64,000 nt of DNA from a bacterium (GTDB lineage: Bacteria; UBA8248), in contig OZ253442.1 of NCBI GenBank assembly GCA_965261085.1, forward strand, positions 448,001 to 512,000, read 5' to 3'. The notes under the pieces were generated by a model. The model saw nothing but the letters and a program-made list of their open reading frames with translations, had not been told where the DNA came from and made no database searches. Shown here piece by piece: positions 51,473 through 61,071 of this stretch. A program made the translations under genes and the position numbers. Within the stretch, counting starts at the first letter, position 1. Each line of letters starts with the position of its first letter.

Positions 51473-52156
51473 TCAAACAGTCGCAAACATCTCGCACAAG
51501 TCCGAAGCCACCCGCAAAGACGCTGCGGTTTTTTCCTGTACCTCACTCTCATTCACACCTGGTGCGAGTTCACGAAGCAAGAGCCCGTCGGTCTGCACCG
51601 TAATAACCGCCAGATCGGTAATGATGACATCCACCACGCCCTTACCAGTCAGAGGGAGTGTGCATGCTTCTACGATTTTCGGCGCCCCTCGCCTCGAAAC
51701 ATGCTCCATGGTGAGGATAACTTTTCGAGCACCTACGACGAGATCCATCGCACCACCCATACCAGATATCATCTTGCCAGGTATCGCCCAATTCGCCAGG
51801 TCACCATTCCCAGCAACTTCCATTGCTCCGAGTATAGTGACGTCTATATGCCCGCCCCTGATCATAGAAAATGACGTGGCGCTATCAAAATATGAACCAC
51901 CCGGCATAAGCGTCACGGTTTCTTTGCTGGCATTCAGCAAGTCGGGATCTTCATCGCCTTCGTATGGAAATGGGCCTACACCCAACACGCCGTTCTCCGA
52001 GTGGATGGTGACACCGTATTCCTCAGGTATGTAATTGCTCACCAAGGTAGGTATGCCCAGCCCGAGGTTAACATACCCCCCTCGGGGCACTTCCATGGCT
52101 GCACGTCTTGCAATATCGTGTCTGCTCAAAGGCAAATTAACTCTCCCCAAGACCAT
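51473..52156 (-). CDS. 3-oxoacid CoA-transferase subunit B (ScoB/AtoA family)
   Basis: [29 protein letters not shown]. Confidence 0.95.
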   Translation of the reverse strand: MVLGRVNLPLSRHDIARRAAMEVPRGGYVNLGLGIPTLVSNYIPEEYGVTIHSENGVLGVGPFPYEGDEDPDLLNASKETVTLMPGGSYFDSATSFSMIRGGHIDVTILGAMEVAGNGDLANWAIPGKMISGMGGAMDLVVGARKVILTMEHVSRRGAPKIVEACTLPLTGKGVVDVIITDLAVITVQTDGLLLRELAPGVNESEVQEKTAASLRVASDLCEMFATV

Positions 52157-52856
52157 TTCGAGGGCGATTCGTCATAATTTCGATAGGTTTCTCAAAGTCT
52201 TCGCCTAAAACAACCCGCTGCACAAATATCCCTGGCGTATGCACATTTTCTGGCACAATTTCACCAATGGGAACGATTTCCTCCACTTCGGCGATGGTCA
52301 CCTCGGCAGCAGTAGCCATGATCGGGTTAAAATTTCGTGCGCTCATCCTGTATATCAGATTCCCACGCTCGTCTCCCCTCCAAGCCTTGATGAGAGTATA
52401 ATCCGCTTGAACTGGTTCTTCGAAAATATGTTCTCGACCTTCAATTATTCTCGTTTCTTTTCCTTCAGCAACGACGGTGCCTGCTCCCGTTGGTGTAAAA
52501 AAACCACCAATACCGGCTCCACCTGCTCGAATTCGCTCTATGAATGTTCCTTGAGGCGAAAGTTCAACTTCGATTTCTCCTTTCAGAGCTTGCTCTTCAT
52601 AAGCTTTGCAAGCTGGACCCACACGACTGGCGAGAATAGAGCGGATCTGTCGATTTTCAAACATCATACCCACGCCCCAACCGTCCATTCCACCGGCATT
52701 TGACACTAAATGGAAATCCCCAACATCTTTTCGTTTGCTCAGTGCTTTACATAAATTATGTGCCATTCCACATATGCCAAACCCACCGATAAGAATCGAT
52801 GCGCCTCTAGGAATATCCGAAACAGCTTCCATGGAACTCGATACAATTTTAGACAA
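52137..52856 (-). CDS. 3-oxoacid CoA-transferase subunit A (ScoA/AtoD family)
   Basis: [36 protein letters not shown]; probable TTG start. Confidence 0.95.
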   Translation of the reverse strand: MSKIVSSSMEAVSDIPRGASILIGGFGICGMAHNLCKALSKRKDVGDFHLVSNAGGMDGWGVGMMFENRQIRSILASRVGPACKAYEEQALKGEIEVELSPQGTFIERIRAGGAGIGGFFTPTGAGTVVAEGKETRIIEGREHIFEEPVQADYTLIKAWRGDERGNLIYRMSARNFNPIMATAAEVTIAEVEEIVPIGEIVPENVHTPGIFVQRVVLGEDFEKPIEIMTNRPRNGLGES

Positions 52857-52939
52857 ATGAGCCACCTCGATGCCAAAATTTTTATTGTTCTTGCTCAAAA
52901 TGCTCACGCATTCGTATATTAATAACTAAGGTGATTGGA

Positions 52940-55150
52940 CTAGCTTTCCATCACTCGCCCAACCAATGCTTTCACAGGCGAATACTGTTTATACACAATT
53001 ACTGTTTTGTCCGTGTGTTTAGCAACGTTTTCAGGAATAGAACCAAAAAGAATCCGCTTATAGAAACTCTCGCCAGCTGCACCCATGGCAATAGCGTCAT
53101 ATTCTTCCGACGCTTGGATAATTCCTACGGAGATAGATTTATGCGTGATGGTTTGGCTCTCTACATGAACGCTGCTCTCATCGTTGATTCGGCCTACCGC
53201 CTCGCTAAGGCCTTGTTCAACGGAATATTTATGACTTGCTCCGGCATCTGGAGAAACGACCGTAGATACAACAAGTCTGCCATTGTAAGCGCTTGCGATC
53301 GGGGCTGTGTATCGCTCCGCCAAACGTGCATGCATACCCCCAGTTGTGGGCAATAGAATATTTTTAAATTTCATTTCACCTACAAGTTTCACCAACATAA
53401 TATCCGCCCGCGCGAGATTCACGACATCGTCCACTACCTCACCCAAAATTCGATTAGCGGTAGAAGTATAGCCTTTCCAACCAAGCACAATTAGATCGCA
53501 ATAGCGCTCTCTCGCTGTCTCCAGGATAGCGCGCGCCGGATTACGCCCAATCGTTACCAGAGAACTGATTTTGACACCATTCGTCTTGGCCCGAACATGA
53601 GCCTGCTCCAAAATTCTTCTTTCTCGTTCAACATATGAAGTCTCGCGGCTCGTCGGTGACTGCTCAGGCAAAGATACAACCCGCATGGCGATGATTTCAC
53701 CATCATTTTCTTTAGCAATCGCTGAGGCCAGATCTATCAGGGGGGCGACGTTTGTCGGGTTTGCAATAGGAACCAACACGCGGAAATCGCTCTCCTGACC
53801 CTCCGTACTGACCTGCGCTACGCGGGATGGTTCCCCTGGCAAAAATTCCTCCTCAGCCTGAGAGCCTTTCCAAGCTAAGAAACCAAGCATCCCCACGATC
53901 AGCCATAGGACGGCCATGATAACTGGCTCAGAGTGCCGCAGTATCAGTGAGAGCAAATATATATTTGCCACAATTCCCAGAAGTGGCAATAATGGCACGA
54001 AGCGAACACGGAAAGGCCTCGGCAGGTTTGGAAATTTCTTCCGGTGGTAGATGAGCGCTGCATTCACCAAAATCAGAGCCAACAAAAGAATGGTGTCCGC
54101 AAAGTGCGCTAGCTTCTCGAGATGAAAACTTTGCGCAAAGAGAACAATGGCTCCTCCCACCAAAATAAGCGCAATAATGGGAGTACGTGTCTGTGAGTTG
54201 ATCGCGGCGATTCCTGAGGGCAAGTGCCCAAGTTGCGCCATGGACAAAACGACACGTGAACCCGCCAAAATCGATGCGTTAGATGCAGAAATCATTGAGA
54301 AAAGCGCACCTAAGACAATTATCATGCCGCCGATGGGGCCCAAGAAAAGACGCGCCGCATTACCCATCGCCGCTTCTGTATATTCCGTGAGGTTCGCGGC
54401 AACGATTACAAAGACCACTAAAGTATATAAAATAGTCACGATCATCATAGAAAGGAATATTGCGCGAGGAATTGTCTTGGTGGGATTCGCGACCTCCCCG
54501 GCCGACGCCGCAATTGCTGAAAAACCAAAAAAAGTAATAAAAACCAAACCAGCTGTCGCGCCAATCTTTGGAATGTCCATGCTCATTCTCTCGACAAGGG
54601 CTTTTGTATCCAAATTCTCTAGCCCACCATATACAAACCAAAATAAAAGGATGACCTTTCCGGCGGTAATGAGGACTTGAAAACGAGCCGACTCCTTTGT
54701 TCCCTTGATATTAAGCAATACGAGACAGATTAGTCCCACGATTCCTGATAATTGCTCATAGGGAGAATGCCAGACGAATTCGTTGAAATAAGAAGAAAGG
54801 CTACTGATGTAGAAAGCGCATGAGGAAGTGTAGCCAAGCACCAACGTCCACCCTACAAGATAGGCGAGTGGCGGAGGAAATGTCCTCCTTGCATAGAGAT
54901 ATCCTTCTCCGGACTCCGGATAGAGCGATGTGAATTCACAATAGGTGAGCGCTGTGAATGTGGCGACAAGCGCAGCGAGGAGAAAAGCGATGACGGCGGA
55001 TGAGCCGACATCCCTAACAGCCAGGCCAGATAACGTAAAAATACCCGCTGCTATCATTGTACCGACGCCGATAGAGAGCGCTGATGTGAGCCCCAAATCT
55101 CGACTGAGTTCGGTCTCAATATGCAGATTGTTGCCGTTTCGTTTGTTCAT
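52940..55150 (-). CDS. APC amino-acid permease fused to two universal stress protein domains
   Basis: GTMIAAGIF, P.SGEGYLY, FFGFS, then VLVPIANP / DLIVLGW / LFGSIPE. Confidence 0.9.
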   Translation of the reverse strand: MNKRNGNNLHIETELSRDLGLTSALSIGVGTMIAAGIFTLSGLAVRDVGSSAVIAFLLAALVATFTALTYCEFTSLYPESGEGYLYARRTFPPPLAYLVGWTLVLGYTSSCAFYISSLSSYFNEFVWHSPYEQLSGIVGLICLVLLNIKGTKESARFQVLITAGKVILLFWFVYGGLENLDTKALVERMSMDIPKIGATAGLVFITFFGFSAIAASAGEVANPTKTIPRAIFLSMMIVTILYTLVVFVIVAANLTEYTEAAMGNAARLFLGPIGGMIIVLGALFSMISASNASILAGSRVVLSMAQLGHLPSGIAAINSQTRTPIIALILVGGAIVLFAQSFHLEKLAHFADTILLLALILVNAALIYHRKKFPNLPRPFRVRFVPLLPLLGIVANIYLLSLILRHSEPVIMAVLWLIVGMLGFLAWKGSQAEEEFLPGEPSRVAQVSTEGQESDFRVLVPIANPTNVAPLIDLASAIAKENDGEIIAMRVVSLPEQSPTSRETSYVERERRILEQAHVRAKTNGVKISSLVTIGRNPARAILETARERYCDLIVLGWKGYTSTANRILGEVVDDVVNLARADIMLVKLVGEMKFKNILLPTTGGMHARLAERYTAPIASAYNGRLVVSTVVSPDAGASHKYSVEQGLSEAVGRINDESSVHVESQTITHKSISVGIIQASEEYDAIAMGAAGESFYKRILFGSIPENVAKHTDKTVIVYKQYSPVKALVGRVMES

Positions 55151-56010
55151 TTCAGATCTGCCAGAAACGCCTTGAGCTCTCGTTGCACAATGGTTGGCTC
55201 GGAAACACTCGGGAAATGCCCGGCTTTCGCACATACGACCGCTTGTGATTTCTTGGGTAGCGCGTTCATTAACAATTTTTCCGCTTTCTCACTAAATCGC
55301 TTACTTGCCCCTCCACGAAACACCAGAGATGGGCATTTTGTTCTCTTGGCCCAGAAAACGGGGTCGTAATCACTCGTGGAGGAGGCCTGCAATTCCCGTA
55401 ACCTGAGGATTCTGCTTTTCTCATAAGGAACCCTGCAAACGCCGTTCACACCATCGTGAACCAAAACATCATTTAAGAATCGTCTCGTTCTGGCGGGCGG
55501 CCAATTTCCTTCTTCGCTCTCTGTGATGAATTTCTGCGCCTGCGAGAGATCCTCGAACTCCATGGGGCGAGTCTGCGACGCCGCCAGGTTCGTATTAGCC
55601 CCTGAAGCGTCACGCACTGTCGGGTCCATCAACACGGTCGCAGCGACGCGATCCGGGCGTTTCGCAGCGACGGCCAAGGCGATTGAAGCGGCGAAGGAGT
55701 GCCCCATCACCACGAAGCGATCCAGCAAAAGCGTGTCGGCGAGGCCAATTACGTCTCTTGCGAAATCCGCTGCGGCATCACCCGCACCCGGGTCATCCGT
55801 TCGCCCAAATCCTCTTTGATCCGGGCAGATCATGCGTATCGCGCCCGCGCCTTCGGCGGTAGCATTCCACATACCGCTCTGAATCAGCGAACCATGCAAT
55901 GCGATAACGGGCAAAAACGAACTTTTCTTCGCCGGCTTCCAGTCCCGAAAGAACATTTGAAAATTCGATACCGTCTCAAAACCAGCATACCAACCACCTT
56001 TGCTACGCAT
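55147..56010 (-). CDS. Alpha/beta-fold hydrolase
   Basis: LHG, PDQRGFG, GHSFA nucleophile elbow, AGH. Confidence 0.88.
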   Translation of the reverse strand: MRSKGGWYAGFETVSNFQMFFRDWKPAKKSSFLPVIALHGSLIQSGMWNATAEGAGAIRMICPDQRGFGRTDDPGAGDAAADFARDVIGLADTLLLDRFVVMGHSFAASIALAVAAKRPDRVAATVLMDPTVRDASGANTNLAASQTRPMEFEDLSQAQKFITESEEGNWPPARTRRFLNDVLVHDGVNGVCRVPYEKSRILRLRELQASSTSDYDPVFWAKRTKCPSLVFRGGASKRFSEKAEKLLMNALPKKSQAVVCAKAGHFPSVSEPTIVQRELKAFLADLK

Positions 56011-56229
56011 ATGAGCCTCTTGTATGAGAAAGTGAATTTATATGTAAGGAATTCTATCAGATCGGGAAAAGGTCGTTTCATTCTCCTGCTGAAGGATTAG
56101 TCGATGAACCACACTTCGCCCATTCGGCGACTCACCGGACTTCAGGCCTCGTAAAGCATGAGCGAAAAAGCCCCGTTCCTCGATATTCCACCTTATTCTA
56201 TGGCTTTTTGCTCGTAGATCGGAAATCGC

Positions 56230-56823
56230 TCAGGAAGAATCACCCGTATAGGAAATCGAGACGCGGCGCGCGTAGAAGCGATTTTTTTCATCGTCGATGG
56301 GTTCAAAGAAATGACAGGCCTGCAAATCGCGCGGGTACACATGAATGGAAACCGCCACGTCATCGCGCCGGTTGCGCACCGTATGGATGTCCGCGCAGCC
56401 GCAAACCGAGTTCTGCTCACCTGCCGAAGGAGTATGGGGCGCATCGTTTCTCAACTCGACTTCACCCTCGGCAATCTCCGCATCCGCAAAATAATTGACA
56501 ACCTCCAGGCCACCTTCCACCATTCCGAGCATTCCCCAGGCGCCGTCATGATCGTGAATCGGGGTGCCTTGCCCGGGCTTCCACACCATGGCCGCCACGA
56601 CGAAGCGCTCCTCGAGGTCGCGATACAGCAAGTGGCGCGCATAGCTATTATCGGAGGGCTGCATCGCCTCGGGCGGCAGGAAAGAACCCGCGCCCAGCAA
56701 GCGTTTCAGAGCGGGTTCGGCGGCGCGGATGAAGTCTCGCCCACGTGCGCCGTTATCGTAAATGCCCGCAAGGTCCTCCGCGAGGCGGGTGATGGGAGCA
56801 CTCGGTGCGGCGGCTGTGTCCAT
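56230..56823 (-). CDS. Cysteine dioxygenase family protein
   Basis: YARHLL, W.PGQGTPIHDH, IHTV, SIHVY. Confidence 0.88.
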   Translation of the reverse strand: MDTAAAPSAPITRLAEDLAGIYDNGARGRDFIRAAEPALKRLLGAGSFLPPEAMQPSDNSYARHLLYRDLEERFVVAAMVWKPGQGTPIHDHDGAWGMLGMVEGGLEVVNYFADAEIAEGEVELRNDAPHTPSAGEQNSVCGCADIHTVRNRRDDVAVSIHVYPRDLQACHFFEPIDDEKNRFYARRVSISYTGDSS

Positions 56824-56905
56824 GGCGACCTCCTTGGCTTGCGGAAATCGATGTAAAGCGCTATATTTCAGATACTTAACCCTTCAGTTTTTTATCGAAA
56901 ACCAT

Positions 56906-56933
56906 CGTGAATTTATCGATATTTTCAGATATT
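56906..56933 (-). repeat. Right copy of the 28-bp inverted repeat (partner at 43803-43830)
   Basis: CGTGAATTTATCGATATTTTCAGATATT is the reverse complement of 43803-43830. Confidence 0.9.
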
Positions 56934-56992
56934 ATTACTTTCATTATACGCATATTTTCTATAATCTCCTCTAGTCACTTTCTCCCTGAAAA

Positions 56993-57793
56993 TCACCAGG
57001 GATGGTCCCGCTCGATGAGTGTTCCGGGCTCATCGGCGCTCCCGAGCAACTCGATCATATCATACAGCACGGTGCGCTGCTGTTCAAGATTTCCCGCTTT
57101 GCCAAAGGGATGGCCCAGGGGCCAGGGCACGAATATCGCACGCGGCGGCGCAAGCGCGAGCGTTATCTCCTTGACGATGCTCACCGAGACGGTCGCGATG
57201 CCCTCACGTTCCACCGCGTTCTGAATCAGCCCGACCGAGCGATTACAAAGCCCTCACGCGGGCGCGAGCAGCGCCACCTCCGCCCCCGCCTCGCGCAGCC
57301 GCCGCGCGGCAGCAGGCGCCGTCTCTTCCACGAGGCGCTCCACGAGTTCCTTGTCGATGTGGCCCATGAAGCTCACGTGCACGGGCGAGACCCCGCCTAT
57401 CGCGCCCTCCGCCGCCATCTCGGCCAGTCGCTCATGCGGGAAGACGACGTTCAGGTCCACATCCGCCCCCCGGTGGTCGTAATAATCGTGCGTTATCGTG
57501 AGCGCATCGCGCGCGGCGTCGCCCGGAATCTCGCGAAACGTCGGGTCGCCGTCGGGGTTTTCCATGTCGAAGGGGGCTTGCGTCTTCAAGTGCACCCCGC
57601 CCGTCGTCACCAACGCGACGCTGCATTCGCTCACGGGCTTCGCCGGCGGCGTCCAGGGGGTGAACCCGGCCCCTGCGCGATACCCGGCCATCTCGGCGGA
57701 AAAATCCCTGTTCCCCGACCATCTTTTCACCAGCCCCGGATACCGCGTCAGCAGACGCGCCACCATCCTGTCCTTCCACCTGCGCAAGCTCAT
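56993..57793 (-). CDS. Selenoprotein, GrdB/PrdB (glycine/D-proline reductase selenoprotein B)-like, 266 aa with Sec at codon 180
   Basis: ORFs 57254-57793 and 56993-57214 are in frame across TGA 57254-57256, reading ALLAPA-U-GLCNRSVGLIQNAVEREGIATV (UxxC); VALVTTGG, DLNVVFP and PPRA...LGHPFG motifs; SECIS-like hairpin follows. Confidence 0.88.
57220..57250 (-). promoter_or_regulatory. Bacterial SECIS-like hairpin
   Basis: After the UGA: UUUG(U)AAUC-GCUC-GGUC loop-GGGC-U-GAUUCAGA; the loop G lies 18 nt downstream of the UGA. Confidence 0.7.
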
Positions 57794-57849
57794 CGGGTTG
57801 TCTCGTTGGTTGGGATTGTCGTCATCGGGAACACATTTTGCCTGAACGC

Positions 57850-58044
57850 CTAGAAGGCTTTATCCAAGCCCGCTTGCTGAAGCACCGTGTTGGCCGTATG
57901 GCGGGATTTGATTTCATGATCGACGGGAAAACGCTTCGAGGTAATAGGGCTGTACCAGATTTCATGATCGCCCCTGCCTTACCGCTCGAAAGAACAGCCC
58001 GCTTCGCGTAATCGTTTTTTCAATTCCCTGGTGTAATCCCCCAC
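57850..58044 (-). pseudogene. HicA-family toxin inactivated by an internal TAA
   Basis: GTG start; LKKRLREAGCSFER*GRGDHEIWYSP...HTANTVLQQAG; stop at 57979-57981 precedes the catalytic His; absent from the ORF track. Confidence 0.8.
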
Positions 58045-58047
58045 GGA

Positions 58048-58293
58048 TCAGGCGAACTGAACTTCTCGCTCAAACGCGCTGAAGTGCGTTTTCGCCTGAC
58101 GAGGGAGAACGTCGTCAGACAAAAGATGGGCATTTAATTCCAGCAATTCGGGAATGAGAACTTTAAGTTTCTCTTCGAGTTCCTCGGGCGTGGACCCTTC
58201 CGCAACGAGGCCGGGCGCATCTTCGCTTTCCGCTACCCAGACTCGCGTTTCCGAATCCCACTCGGCGAAAACTTCAACGATGTCCCGCGCCAT
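58048..58293 (-). CDS. HicB-like/DUF1902 antitoxin
   Basis: WDSETRVWVAESEDAPGLVAEG.T.EEL...IPELL; 3 nt upstream of the hicA pseudogene. Confidence 0.82.
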   Translation of the reverse strand: MARDIVEVFAEWDSETRVWVAESEDAPGLVAEGSTPEELEEKLKVLIPELLELNAHLLSDDVLPRQAKTHFSAFEREVQFA

Positions 58294-58503
58294 CGCTCAC
58301 CTCCATTTATCTGTCCGCCAAACGACGGCAGGTGTTTCCATGTTATCCCTTTTGAATCTCGTGTCAATCTTTTGGGGACTTCTCTCAATCATCAATCGAC
58401 GATCTGTCCTGTGCGCACTGGTGAATCGTTTTGACTTTTCACGCGCTCCAAGCGAAACTGACCGGGCTTGCTGTCTCCACGAGGACAGACTGGAGAAAAC
58501 CGA

Positions 58504-58836
58504 ATGACGGAATACGAAGCCGCAAGCCTCGCCCTGCAACAAGCCGCCCTCGCGGCGCAACAAGCCGCCCTCTCGGCGCAACAAGCCTCCGTATGGGTCG
58601 CCGCCATCGTCGGGGCCGCGCAATGCTCTCTGATCGGTTATGGACTCTACATCATGCGCCGGGCCGCGATTCACCGCGACGCCCAACATAGAGAAACCAT
58701 GGCGGCCCTAAATGGTCGGCAGGAGGCGCAAAGCCACCAGCATCGAGAAACCATGAAGGCGCTGGAAGGCCAACAAACGGCGCTCATCGAGCTCATCCGA
58801 CGCACGTCCGCGTCGTCTGCGCCACAGGACAGTTAA
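58504..58836 (+). CDS. Hypothetical small membrane protein with heptad (21-nt) repeats
   Basis: QQAALAAQQAALSAQQ repeats, one TM helix, duplicated QHRETM motif; GGAG RBS. Confidence 0.65.
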   Translation: MTEYEAASLALQQAALAAQQAALSAQQASVWVAAIVGAAQCSLIGYGLYIMRRAAIHRDAQHRETMAALNGRQEAQSHQHRETMKALEGQQTALIELIRRTSASSAPQDS

Positions 58837-58870
58837 ACACGCGAGGGCGGCTACTTCACTGCCTCCGCCG

Positions 58871-59089
58871 TCATGTTTTCCCCCTCACCCCGCCCGTCGT
58901 CACCAGCGCGACGTTGCACTCGCTCACGGGCTTCGCCGGCGGCGTCCAGGGCGTGAACGCAGGCCCCGCGCGATACCCGGCCATCTCGGCGGAAAAATCC
59001 CTGTTCCCAGACCACTTTTTCACCAGACCCGGATACCGCGTCAGCAGACGCGCCACCATCCTGTCCTTCCACCTGCGCAAGCTCATCAT
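58871..59089 (-). pseudogene. Truncated duplicate of the 5' end of the GrdB/PrdB-like selenoprotein gene
   Basis: 58886-59086 aligns without gaps to 57593-57793 (about 12 mismatches by eye); diverges after VTTGGV and stops. Confidence 0.88.
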
Positions 59090-59212
59090 AGTGTCCTGTT
59101 CGTCGGGGGAATCGTTATTCAGCGGCGACCATCCCATGAATCAGCGGAAAACCCCAGCGCAACCAGCGGTCGGACGCGCTTTGTGGATGATTATCTCGTA
59201 GAAGTATGAATA

Positions 59213-59449
59213 CTATGATGGAAGAACTAGAGACGGCCAGAAATATTTAATAATCGTAATGGCTAGGCCTATACTTGCGACTATCCCGGTTATCACGCCT
59301 CTCAATATCCAAACTTTCAGATTGGTAACGTCTTTTTGGGTGGCACAATGTTTAAGTTCGGCTTCTATAGCTGCTATTCGTTCCCCATGTTTAGCTATAT
59401 CATTTTGCAATAGACGTGAGGGTGAAAGGGTTTCACCTTCGCTCATCAT
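59213..59449 (-). CDS. Hypothetical coiled-coil protein with C-terminal TM helix
   Basis: HGERIAAIEAELKH.ATQKDV..LK.W plus a hydrophobic tail; GGGAG RBS. Confidence 0.65.
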   Translation of the reverse strand: MMSEGETLSPSRLLQNDIAKHGERIAAIEAELKHCATQKDVTNLKVWILRGVITGIVASIGLAITIIKYFWPSLVLPS

Positions 59450-59472
59450 GGTCTCCCTGCGAGACTATATTG

Positions 59473-59742
59473 CTAATCCTCAATTCCTAGCGCCTTCAAA
59501 GAATAAAACTGGGCATTGCCGCAATTATTGCAGACAAGCACAGCCATTAAGAATCCCTCTTCCATTCTTGTCATGCCATCTCTCCAAATCAACTGTGTTA
59601 CAACGTGTTCCCCGGTTGATTTGCCTTTGTGCCCACATTGCGTACACGTCCCCACATTGGGATTACGTTGTCGCATAGTATTCAAAAAACGTTCACGCCA
59701 ATCGGCAGTAGGTTTAGCTGTATTTTTTTCGGGTTCAGACAT
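59473..59742 (-). CDS. Hypothetical Zn-ribbon protein
   Basis: CTQCG and CNNCG pairs; GAGG RBS. Confidence 0.7.
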   Translation of the reverse strand: MSEPEKNTAKPTADWRERFLNTMRQRNPNVGTCTQCGHKGKSTGEHVVTQLIWRDGMTRMEEGFLMAVLVCNNCGNAQFYSLKALGIED

Positions 59743-59900
59743 CTCGTATCCTCTTCAGTTTGCAAGTGGGAACAATTAACACAATATATTGCGCCAACCG
59801 GGTGGTCAAGATAACATCAGGCCCATCTGTAGGGCTAGCATTAGTTCCTATCCAGCCCATTGCGCCATTTACCGAAGTCGATCAGGTTGCGAAGAAAAAG

Positions 59901-60977
59901 TTAATACTGCTCCGTTTCGTCTGTGCTCGGCTCTACGAATTCATCCTCGTTGTCTGGACCAAGAAAACCTTCCAATTCTCCCGAACGAAGCACAGGAATC
60001 TCCAGATAGCGACCCCACAGTAAGCGTGCTTCATCAGAGGCTTCTCCGTTGCCCTTGATACGAAGTTTCACGGAATCATCCCTCTTAAAAATGGTGGAGT
60101 AAAACTTCTGAACAGCGTAATTTATACTGTCGACCTCATAAAAATAAAAACGTCCAGTTCCACGAGGCTCCCAGTTTGGAGTCACAATTGACTTCTTCCG
60201 ATTATCAAAGCTGACGTAATGAATGCGAGCCAATCGAGTCTGGTGATAATAAAGTTCGTAAAATCCGGCATGATTGTTGTCTGTACGAATCTCTCCGCGT
60301 GTCCATTCCTGATAACAATCCATGTAATCTTCAGCGTCAGTGGCTCTTAGCGTGAACTCGGGAAAAATTTTGTGATAAGAATCCGCATTACTTCTAAAAC
60401 TTTCGGGCAATGGTGACCAGGCATCAGGTTCCCGCAAATACCGCTTGGCCCTTTCAAAGGGAGGAATATCCAAACCAAAGCGTTCACGCCACATCCGTTC
60501 AACCTCGTGGGGCTGCGCAGCGTTATTTGGCGGGGTGTTCGTATCACAGATACGCGTATAAACATGGTGAGCGGGAATCTTTTTATATCTCTCAACGAGA
60601 TAGTAAGGCTTATGTGGAGCATCCTCGATTACCAAGACATCTAGTAATGTTCCTTCGATCGTGATTTCTTGCAAATAGAATTCAGGAAATCTGGATTGAA
60701 AAAACTTATTGGCATTATCGCGAAACCAACCAGCTAAATCTGTCTGAGTTCTCCGTCCGGAATCCTTATCTATTGAATGCAAATGGAAGCTATCAGGATC
60801 AACCCCGTATACCAAAAACCGAGCCCCATCATGTTTGGCGTTCGCCAGACATAGGACATCATGAATTAAATCATCTTTGTTTTTGTGATGCTCGAACTTG
60901 AAATCCCAATACGTTCCCTCGGCTTTCCGCTTTACAAGATTCGAGATGGTAACCTTTAGGGCGTCTTCTTTGATCAT
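59901..60977 (-). CDS. AlbA_2 (Schlafen-like) domain protein
   Basis: EGTYWDFK, DLIHDVLCLAN, FLVYGV, KPYYL, YTR..DTNTP. Confidence 0.8.
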   Translation of the reverse strand: MIKEDALKVTISNLVKRKAEGTYWDFKFEHHKNKDDLIHDVLCLANAKHDGARFLVYGVDPDSFHLHSIDKDSGRRTQTDLAGWFRDNANKFFQSRFPEFYLQEITIEGTLLDVLVIEDAPHKPYYLVERYKKIPAHHVYTRICDTNTPPNNAAQPHEVERMWRERFGLDIPPFERAKRYLREPDAWSPLPESFRSNADSYHKIFPEFTLRATDAEDYMDCYQEWTRGEIRTDNNHAGFYELYYHQTRLARIHYVSFDNRKKSIVTPNWEPRGTGRFYFYEVDSINYAVQKFYSTIFKRDDSVKLRIKGNGEASDEARLLWGRYLEIPVLRSGELEGFLGPDNEDEFVEPSTDETEQY

Positions 60978-61071
60978 ACTCGTCTTATCCTCACCCGTAC
61001 TTCCAACAACCCCACTCTTTCCCACGCAATGCGAAGTCATCGCTAACCTCGCTCATCCGGCTTCCTGTCGT

